Source: Treponemataceae bacterium
GTDB lineage: Bacteria; Spirochaetota; Spirochaetia; Treponematales; Treponemataceae
NCBI GenBank assembly: GCA_052173655.1
Contig: JBQMYD010000003.1
Span: 71,206-135,205 of the forward strand
Reading direction: 5' to 3'
Length of the DNA stretch: 64,000 nt
The translations under genes and the position numbers were made by a program. The notes under the pieces are model-generated. The model was given only the letters and a program-made list of their open reading frames with translations. It had not been told where the DNA came from and did not search any database. Positions 55,394-61,992 of the stretch are shown piece by piece; position 1 is the first letter of the stretch, and each line of letters starts with the position of its first letter.

Positions 55394-57397
55394 ATGCGTA
55401 TTATATATTTCACAGGATGTGCACTCTTAAACCTTTTTGTAATAATTTTTACGATATATGTAAAACGCTACACAAAGGGGTTGCAAAATAAAGTTTTTTT
55501 ATACCTGGTTTGGATTGCCTTTATCTCAGGTGTTTTGGATTTTCTCTGTTCAGCAACGCAGCTCAATGTTTATAATTCTGCACAATACATAACATTCAGA
55601 GCAATAATTACCGGATTATATTTTATAGTACGAAATTTTACTGTTCTTTTTTTGGATTTTTACATCCTTGTCATTACAAATATGACTTATAAATTAAAAC
55701 AAAATAAAATTTTTTCAATTTTGCTTCCTCTGCCTTTCTTAGTTTTGGTTGTTTTAATAATTTCCAATGCGTTTACCAGATTCATGTTCTACTTTGATCA
55801 AGACCTTAATTACAATCGAGGACCTTTTATCTTAGTAAGCTACTCTGTTGCTGCAATATATTCTCTTATAGGATTTATAATTCTTTTAAGATACAGAAAA
55901 GTGTTCAAACTTTCCAAACTATGTGCATTTTACGGATTTTTCATTTTATCCATAGCAGCCGTTGTTGTTCAACTTTTTCTTCCCAACTGGCTTGTAGAAA
56001 TATTTTTTACTTCACTTTCTCTTACCTTGGTTATGGGGATTATTCAGCGTCCCGAAGAATACATTTATACAGTTTTGGGTGTTTTTAATTATTCCGGATT
56101 TAAAACAAACATACAAAACTTTTTTATAAATAACACTCCTACAAACATAGTGCTTGTAAAGATTTTAAATTGCGAATTTGTCAGATCTACTGTAGGACAG
56201 GAAAATTTCACTAATATACAAAGAAGAATTGTCCACGATATTGATACTTTACTTAAAAAGTCAAAACTCAGGGGAGATATATATTACCTGAGTGAAGACA
56301 GATTTGCAGTTGTTTTTAATGATACAAGCCAAGCCAAATACATGGAATTTGCAAATCAAATTCTTGAATATCTAAATAATATACAAGGCTATTCCGGACA
56401 ACTGAACGGAATAAAAACTTCGGTATGTTATGTTGAACTGGAAAAAAATTCTGAAATCGATAAAATTTCAAACCTATCTTCGCTTCTTATTCTTGCAGAA
56501 AATTTCCATAAAATGCCTCACACCGGAAAAATAATAACGCTAAAAGATAAACAAACAAAATCATACTTTGAACAATTCATTGCCATAGATTTTATTATTA
56601 ACGATGCCCTTGAACATAAAAAATTTGAAATGTACTATCAGCCCATTTATTCTGTGGAGCAAGATAAAATCCTTTCTGCGGAAGCTCTTATCAGGCTAAA
56701 AGATAAACAAAGAAGTTACATTTCTCCTGAAATTTTTATTCCTGCAAGCGAGAGAAATGGAACCATTCTACAAATTGGGGAATTTGTTTTGGACAGCGTG
56801 TGTAAATTCATAGCTTCAGACCAATTCAAAAAACTCGGACTTGAACATATTGCCGTCAATCTTTCGGTTAATCAGTGTATGCAACCTGACCTTGCCGAAA
56901 CTATTGATTTTTATACAAAAAAATACAAAGTAGAACCGAAACATCTCAATTTTGAAATTACAGAGGGTAGTGTTGATGAATCTGAAAGTACAATGCTAAA
57001 AAATATGCAAATTCTTTCAGAAAAAGGATATTCGTTCAACCTGGATGACTACGGAACAGGATACTCAAATATAAAAAGACTTGCAACTCTTCCTCTCAAA
57101 ATTATAAAATTCGATAAAACTTTTGTAAATGAAATAGGCAATCATCAGATGAAAATCATATTGAAAAACAACATCAGGATGATGAAAGAAATGAACAAAG
57201 AAATTGTTGTAGAAGGCATTGAAACAAAAGAGATGCTTGAAATTTTTTGTGATTACAACTGTGATTTTATTCAAGGTTTTTATTTTTCAAGACCGCTGCC
57301 CGGTGATGAATTTTGTAAATGGGTAGACAGATGGAAAAAAGAAAAAAATCCGCCCGGAAACAGTATACTGTCAGGCAAAGCTGTCAGCATACTGTAG
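55394..57397 (+). CDS. Membrane-bound c-di-GMP phosphodiesterase: multi-TM sensor, degenerate GGDEF domain and EAL domain
   Basis: Has about seven N-terminal TM helices. The GGDEF-like domain has SEDRF in place of GGDEF. The EAL domain has a full motif set (EALIRL, FEITEG, LDDYGTGYSN, KFDK, EGIET, QGFYFSRP). Confidence 0.88.
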   Translation: MRIIYFTGCALLNLFVIIFTIYVKRYTKGLQNKVFLYLVWIAFISGVLDFLCSATQLNVYNSAQYITFRAIITGLYFIVRNFTVLFLDFYILVITNMTYKLKQNKIFSILLPLPFLVLVVLIISNAFTRFMFYFDQDLNYNRGPFILVSYSVAAIYSLIGFIILLRYRKVFKLSKLCAFYGFFILSIAAVVVQLFLPNWLVEIFFTSLSLTLVMGIIQRPEEYIYTVLGVFNYSGFKTNIQNFFINNTPTNIVLVKILNCEFVRSTVGQENFTNIQRRIVHDIDTLLKKSKLRGDIYYLSEDRFAVVFNDTSQAKYMEFANQILEYLNNIQGYSGQLNGIKTSVCYVELEKNSEIDKISNLSSLLILAENFHKMPHTGKIITLKDKQTKSYFEQFIAIDFIINDALEHKKFEMYYQPIYSVEQDKILSAEALIRLKDKQRSYISPEIFIPASERNGTILQIGEFVLDSVCKFIASDQFKKLGLEHIAVNLSVNQCMQPDLAETIDFYTKKYKVEPKHLNFEITEGSVDESESTMLKNMQILSEKGYSFNLDDYGTGYSNIKRLATLPLKIIKFDKTFVNEIGNHQMKIILKNNIRMMKEMNKEIVVEGIETKEMLEIFCDYNCDFIQGFYFSRPLPGDEFCKWVDRWKKEKNPPGNSILSGKAVSIL

Positions 57398-57498
57398 ATT
57401 AAAAAAAAACGGTATATTTAAAAACTTATAAAATACAATACAATCATGTTTTATCGATAAATTTCTATTTTGAATTTTACTAAACTACATAAAAACAA

Positions 57499-58380
57499 TT
57501 AAAAATCAACCGACATGAAATTTTCCTTTAATTTAGGTTTAAGGTTTTCCGTCCAAAATCTGTCATCAATTTTCATTCCTCCGGCAGTGTACCCCAATTT
57601 TCTATCTTTTCTGGTTTTTTCTCCATGAAAATCACTGCCGCCTGTAACAAAAAAACCAAGTTTTTTTGCAAGCATTTCAAGCCGATTTGCTTCCCCAAGT
57701 TTTGTTCCCGAATGCCAAGCCTCTATTCCCTCTATTCCCCTTTGCCGTAAATCAATAAAAACTTCTTCAAGTTTTCCCCAACTTAAATACAATGAAAGCG
57801 GATGAGCCAAGACAGGAATTCCTCCACAATCTTGTATAGCAACAATAGCCTTATCAAGGTTTGAACCGTTTATTTTAGAATAAAAAGGTCTATTTTTTGC
57901 AAGAAATAAATCAAAAGCTTTTTGTCCGGTTTTTACAATTTTATTTTCCACAAAAAAACGGGCAATATGAGGTCTTCCTATATTTTTAGAACCATACAGT
58001 TTTTCCAACTGCTCCAAAGTTACCGGTTCTTTGAATTTTTCCGAAAAACATTCATTTATTCTTTGAATAATTTTTTCGTTTCTTAAACATCTTTCCTGTT
58101 GTTGAATCAATAGCAAATCCTTCATACTTGAAGATATTTTTTGCAAACCCAAACCTAAAAGATGAAATTCACCTGTAGGCCACTCTACCGTCAATTCTAC
58201 ACCGGGAACAAATGTTATCCCTTTTTCATGTGCAGCACTCTTAGCTTCTTCAATTCCATCTAGCGTATCATGATCTGTAAGAGCTAAAACTGAAATTCCC
58301 TTTTCAGCTGCCATAAAAACAAGTTCTTTTGGACTATATTCACCATCCGAAAAAGTTGAATGTGTATGTAAATCAATCAT
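57499..58380 (-). CDS. PHP-domain phosphoesterase (TrpH/YciV, RNase AM-like)
   Basis: Has the motifs MIDLHTHSTFSDG, ALTDHDT, GRPHIA, VLAHP and GGSDFHG. The track ORF starts at TTG 58419, but homologues start at MIDLH. Confidence 0.85.
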   Translation of the reverse strand: MIDLHTHSTFSDGEYSPKELVFMAAEKGISVLALTDHDTLDGIEEAKSAAHEKGITFVPGVELTVEWPTGEFHLLGLGLQKISSSMKDLLLIQQQERCLRNEKIIQRINECFSEKFKEPVTLEQLEKLYGSKNIGRPHIARFFVENKIVKTGQKAFDLFLAKNRPFYSKINGSNLDKAIVAIQDCGGIPVLAHPLSLYLSWGKLEEVFIDLRQRGIEGIEAWHSGTKLGEANRLEMLAKKLGFFVTGGSDFHGEKTRKDRKLGYTAGGMKIDDRFWTENLKPKLKENFMSVDF

Positions 58381-58452
58381 ACGTAAAAGAATAGCATTTT
58401 TTTTCCTATTGTGATACAATAATAAGTAGTATTTTCTAATCCGGAGATATAA

Positions 58453-59700
58453 ATGCCAAAAACGATGAGTTACAAAAAAGGTTCGATAATTTACTTTGAA
58501 GGCGATAACGATGAACGCATCTTTGTTTTACAAAAAGGTGCTGTTATACTTTCCAGCACAGACGTGGAAACAGGAGCTTCCGTTGTAGAGCAAATAAAAG
58601 TAGGAGAATTTTTTGGTGTAAAATCGGCGTTCGGACATTTTCCTAGAGAAGAAACTGCAACAGTTGTAGTAGACGCTCAATGCATAAGTTTGAATATCGT
58701 AGAATTTGAAAAAATGTTCAGTTCAAACAAACAAGTTATTTTAAAGATGCTTAAAGTTTTTTCAAGTCAATTAAGAAACATTCATAAAAAAATAGATTCT
58801 ATTTTGCACAGCGAAAACACAATTGACTGTCCTACCGGTATGCAGCAAGTTGCACAAAGCTTTTATAACGACGGACAATACAAAACATGTTGCGACATTT
58901 GTGCAAAATTTTTTGCAAGATATTCTACCGCTCCAAATGTAAACAAAGTTAAACAATTATATTTAAACTCTAAAAAACGTTATGATTTGATTTCTGCCAG
59001 AGAAACAAATAATTCAGAGGATAATACATACACAGCCGATTTTAGTGGTGCTTTAAAACAGTTTTCACTTCCAGCCTTTGACAGATTTGCAAAGACCTTT
59101 TCTGCCGGCTCCGTAATCATTTCAGAATTTGAACCGGGAGATTCTTTTTACCTGATTCAGTCAGGTAATGTACAGCTTGTAAAATGCATAAATGGCACAA
59201 AAAAGAATTTAGACATTCTAAAACCGGGAGAATTTTTTGGAGAAATGGCAATTCTTGAAAACAGTCCACGATCTGCAACTTGTTTTGCCTGTACAAAAGT
59301 TGAAGTCTTGGAATTTAATAAGCAAAACTTTGAACTTCTCATAGGTGGAAATCCTCAAATTGCAATGATTCTCATTAAACTTTTATGCAAGCGAATTTAT
59401 GATCAAAAACGTCGATTAAAAACTTTGGTTATAAAAGATCTTCAAGCTAGAATTGGAGATGTTTTCCTTATGTTTGATGAAATGAATCCTATAAATAATC
59501 CTAATGAACGCACACGAAAATTCAATTTAACAATTCAAGATGTTTCCCATTGGGCAGGGTTACCTTTGGAAACAACAAGGGACGAAATAAACAAGTTTGT
59601 TGAAAAACGAAAAATTGATGTTTATCAAAACTATATTGTAGTGAACAATATCGTAGACATGTGCCGTTTTGTAGATCAGCATTGTCAAACTAGACAATAA
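58453..59700 (+). CDS. Crp/Fnr-like regulator with two cyclic-nucleotide-binding domains and a C-terminal wHTH
   Basis: cNMP domain 1 has YKKGSIIYFEGDNDERIFVLQKGAV...GEFFG. cNMP domain 2 has AGSVIISEFEPGDSFYLIQSGNV...GEFFGEMAILENSPRSATCFA. The C-terminus (TIQDVSHWAGLPLETTRDEINKFVEKRKI) is Crp-HTH-like. Confidence 0.8.
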   Translation: MPKTMSYKKGSIIYFEGDNDERIFVLQKGAVILSSTDVETGASVVEQIKVGEFFGVKSAFGHFPREETATVVVDAQCISLNIVEFEKMFSSNKQVILKMLKVFSSQLRNIHKKIDSILHSENTIDCPTGMQQVAQSFYNDGQYKTCCDICAKFFARYSTAPNVNKVKQLYLNSKKRYDLISARETNNSEDNTYTADFSGALKQFSLPAFDRFAKTFSAGSVIISEFEPGDSFYLIQSGNVQLVKCINGTKKNLDILKPGEFFGEMAILENSPRSATCFACTKVEVLEFNKQNFELLIGGNPQIAMILIKLLCKRIYDQKRRLKTLVIKDLQARIGDVFLMFDEMNPINNPNERTRKFNLTIQDVSHWAGLPLETTRDEINKFVEKRKIDVYQNYIVVNNIVDMCRFVDQHCQTRQ

Positions 59701-59775
59701 ATGTAAGCATCACATTATTTTTTAAATATTATGTTTAGTTTTAACTTACAGAATTAATATAACCTTGTTTCAGCC

Positions 59776-59804
59776 TTGACAAAAAATGATAATTTTTGTA
59801 TAGT
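59776..59804 (+). promoter_or_regulatory. Strong sigma70-type promoter for the tRNA-Ser/Ser/Arg/Ser and SRP RNA cluster
   Basis: TTGACA (59776-59781), a 17-nt spacer, then TATAGT (59799-59804), 18 nt upstream of the first tRNA. Confidence 0.65.
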
Positions 59805-59821
59805 TGTTATACTTTTCCTAT

Positions 59822-59906
59822 GGAGCGGTGGCTGAGTGGTCGAAAGCGGCGGTCTTGAAAACCGTTGAACCGCAAGGTTCCGGGGGTTCGAATCCCCCCT
59901 GCTCCG
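59822..59906 (+). tRNA. tRNA-Ser (TGA)
   Basis: An 85-nt type II tRNA with acceptor GGAGCGG/CTGCTCC, anticodon loop CTTGAAA, a long variable arm and the T-loop TTCGAAT. Confidence 0.93.
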
Positions 59907-59972
59907 GATAAGCTTTGTAGGGGGCTGTCAATTAGGCAGCCTTATTAACTTTTCAAAGCATCTTGGTAAAGT

Positions 59973-60060
59973 GGAGTGGTGACCGAGAGGCCGAAGGTGG
60001 CTCCCTGCTAAGGAGTTATACCCCAAAAGGGTATCGGGGGTTCGAATCCCCCCTGCTCCG
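59973..60060 (+). tRNA. tRNA-Ser (GCT)
   Basis: An 88-nt type II tRNA with anticodon loop CTGCTAA and a long variable arm (TTATACCCCAAAAGGGTAT). Its T-arm and acceptor 3' half are the same as in the preceding tRNA-Ser. Confidence 0.93.
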
Positions 60061-60087
60061 ATAATCACTTGCAAAACGAGCAAGCCT

Positions 60088-60161
60088 GAGATTGTAGCTC
60101 AGCTGGATAGAGCGTCAGATTGCGGATCTGAAGGTCGCAGGTTCGATTCCTGTCAGTCTCG
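60088..60161 (+). tRNA. tRNA-Arg with a GCG anticodon (unusual; ACG expected)
   Basis: 74 nt with acceptor GAGATTG/CAGTCTC and a D-arm GCTC-AGCTGGATA-GAGC containing A20. The anticodon stem TCAGA/TCTGA encloses the loop TTGCGGA (U33, G34 C35 G36, G37). The T-loop is TTCGATT. Confidence 0.88.
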
Positions 60162-60178
60162 TTTTCTTTGATTACTTT

Positions 60179-60263
60179 GGAGAGATGTCCGAGTGGTCGA
60201 TGGTGCAATCTTGGAAAGGTTGTGTACGGAAACGTACCGCGGGTTCGAATCCCGCTCTCTCCG
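60179..60263 (+). tRNA. tRNA-Ser (GGA)
   Basis: An 85-nt type II tRNA with anticodon stem CAATC/GGTTG, loop TTGGAAA and a long variable arm. Confidence 0.93.
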
Positions 60264-60284
60264 CTAAAAAACACCTTTTACATG

Positions 60285-60405
60285 GACTTTTAGATGAGTC
60301 CAGGTCCTATGCAAGTTACACTTTCAAACCCCGCCAGATCCGGAAGGAAGCAACGGTAGATAGCTGTTAGCTGTGCCGTAGATAACCTGGGCTCATCTAA
60401 AAGTC
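60285..60405 (+). ncRNA. ffs: Signal recognition particle RNA (small 4.5S type)
   Basis: The conserved domain IV core CCAGATCCGGAAGGAAGCAACGG (GGAA tetraloop plus flanking AGG/GCA) matches the E. coli 4.5S CAGGUCCGGAAGGAAGCAGCC. The long closing helix pairs GACTTTTAGATGAGTCCAGGT (5') with ACCTGGGCTCATCTAAAAGTC (3'), and TTTTT follows. The ends are approximate. Confidence 0.88.
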
Positions 60406-60454
60406 TTTTTCATTTAAGATTGATTTTTATCAGCAGATATTTTTAACCAAATAA

Positions 60455-60502
60455 AAGAAAAAAGCATACCAAAAAATCATTACGATCGTTGGTATGCTTT
60501 TA
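60455..60502 (-). terminator. Rho-independent terminator after the outer-membrane protein gene (hairpin usable from both strands)
   Basis: AGCATACCAA (60463-60472) and TTGGTATGCT (60489-60498) form a 10-bp stem. T6 follows on the minus strand (complement of the A-run 60457-60462) and TTTT follows on the plus strand. Confidence 0.75.
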
Positions 60503-60545
60503 TAGCATTACACGCTATGACAGCGATCCGATATAAACGGATTCA

Positions 60546-61592
60546 TTATTCTGCAGAAGCACCTACAATTGAATACTTGTATGTCCATGAAAGAGGGAAC
60601 TTTACAGATGCAAACTTTCCTCCGTTAAAGCCAACTTCAACAGCAGCACTGAATTTTCCAATTTTATCTGCTTCATATGTAAAGGAAGGTTTTACAGAGA
60701 ACTCTCCCATTGCAGCATTTGAATATGTTGTTGAAGAGGATTCTTCAATAGCAACTTCCATATTGTCATTTATTTTGTAAGCAATAGCCCATGCATTATA
60801 GAAATTATCAACAAAATCCGAGCTAAAATCTGCAGCTACTGAAAAACCTGCTATCTCATAAGATGCACTAAAATTCACACCTGAATCTTTTATAAAAGCT
60901 TCTTTTGCAGGTTTTTGTGAATAATATGTATAGCCGAAATAAAATTTCAAAGAATCGATCGGTTTAACCGTTCCATAGGTACCAAAAGAAAACAGATTAA
61001 TTCCTTTGTCATCAACCCCATTATATTTAAAATTTGCACCTATACTGAAAATATCTTTATATTCGTACCATCCTCCAAGACCGCACTTGAAAGTATATTC
61101 TTTTTTTGCGTTCACAAAGTAATTTTCAACAGGAATTGTGAAAGCCAAAGTTACTCCTTTAAGCCCATGCATTCCAAATGTAACACCACTACTTCCGATA
61201 TTACCAGCTTTTACGTTGTCGTCACCTACAACAGAATAAGATCCCGGAATAGAAGTTCCCTTATTAATTCCGATTCTGAAATAGTCTACAGGCTTAAAAA
61301 CCATGTTAAAATCAGCTTTGCCGTCTTTATACTCAAAACCTATTGGAACGCCATTATTCAAAGCAAATTTTATTCTAGCCTTTACCATAGCATCAACATA
61401 CTTAGAACCGACATTTACTTTCATCTGGTCATACGCACCTGCAAATTCCGCTTTTCCATCACCTGATACTTCTACAACATCCGTAGCAACCTTGTTTTCC
61501 AAAGCAACTTTTAGCGATTTACCGTCATTTTGGGCAAAAACCACCATGCTAACAATTGCTAAAACAGCAATTGAAGACAATAACTTTTTCAT
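60546..61592 (-). CDS. Exported protein, probable outer-membrane beta-barrel (porin-like)
   Basis: Has a signal peptide (MKKLLSSIAVLAIVSMVVFA/QNDG). G/Y/F/K-rich amphipathic beta-strands alternate throughout. No domain is recognised. Confidence 0.6.
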   Translation of the reverse strand: MKKLLSSIAVLAIVSMVVFAQNDGKSLKVALENKVATDVVEVSGDGKAEFAGAYDQMKVNVGSKYVDAMVKARIKFALNNGVPIGFEYKDGKADFNMVFKPVDYFRIGINKGTSIPGSYSVVGDDNVKAGNIGSSGVTFGMHGLKGVTLAFTIPVENYFVNAKKEYTFKCGLGGWYEYKDIFSIGANFKYNGVDDKGINLFSFGTYGTVKPIDSLKFYFGYTYYSQKPAKEAFIKDSGVNFSASYEIAGFSVAADFSSDFVDNFYNAWAIAYKINDNMEVAIEESSSTTYSNAAMGEFSVKPSFTYEADKIGKFSAAVEVGFNGGKFASVKFPLSWTYKYSIVGASAE

Positions 61593-61655
61593 ATTTTTCT
61601 CCTTATGTAAAAATAACCACTTTTATTATCACAGAAAAAGTAGCAATTTGCAAGC

Positions 61656-61835
61656 TTAAATTTTTTTGTCGGTATTATCGGCAGAACATTCCTGCCCCGC
61701 ACAACTACCCTTGCAGGAGCTACACCCGCATCCGCAAGAAATCGATTTTCCTTTTCGTTTTGCAGATATCATTCTTACAATAATTGCTGTTACAAAGGCT
61801 AACAATGCTATACCAATTATGATTGTTGCTACCAT
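61656..61835 (-). CDS. FeoB-associated Cys-rich small membrane protein (59 aa, below the ORF-track cutoff)
   Basis: My own translation is MVATIIIGIALLAFVTAIIVRMISAKRKGKSISCGCGCSSCKGSCAGQECSADNTDKKI. An AGGAGG Shine-Dalgarno sequence (complement of 61843-61848) lies 7 nt upstream of the ATG. It has one TM helix, a basic stretch and a CGCGC..C..C..C tail. It sits directly downstream of feoB. Confidence 0.8.
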   Translation of the reverse strand: MVATIIIGIALLAFVTAIIVRMISAKRKGKSISCGCGCSSCKGSCAGQECSADNTDKKI

Positions 61836-61953
61836 ATAATACCTCCTATAAAAATCAGGGACTTAATAGAAAATTCGTTTTTTTTAATATGCAAAGTTTA
61901 AAATCAAATTTTCATATTACAATGATTTGATTTTAAACGTCGCTAATAAATAA

Positions 61954-61983
61954 ATTAAGCTGTCCAAAACTGAACAGCTTAAT
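61954..61983 (-). terminator. Hairpin immediately after the feoB stop (possible terminator or attenuator)
   Basis: ATTAAGCTGT (61954-61963) and ACAGCTTAAT (61974-61983) form a 10-bp perfect stem. TTATTTATT follows on the minus strand. A second 14-bp AT-rich inverted repeat, GTTTAAAATCAAAT/ATTTGATTTTAAAC, lies at 61896-61938. Confidence 0.45.
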
Positions 61984-61992
61984 CATATAATT

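Noticed and set aside
60065-60370. ORF-track entries 60065-60274 (-) and 60185-60370 (+).
   Set aside because: They sit exactly over tRNA-Arg, tRNA-Ser(GGA) and the SRP RNA. These structured GC-richer RNA genes generate spurious open frames.
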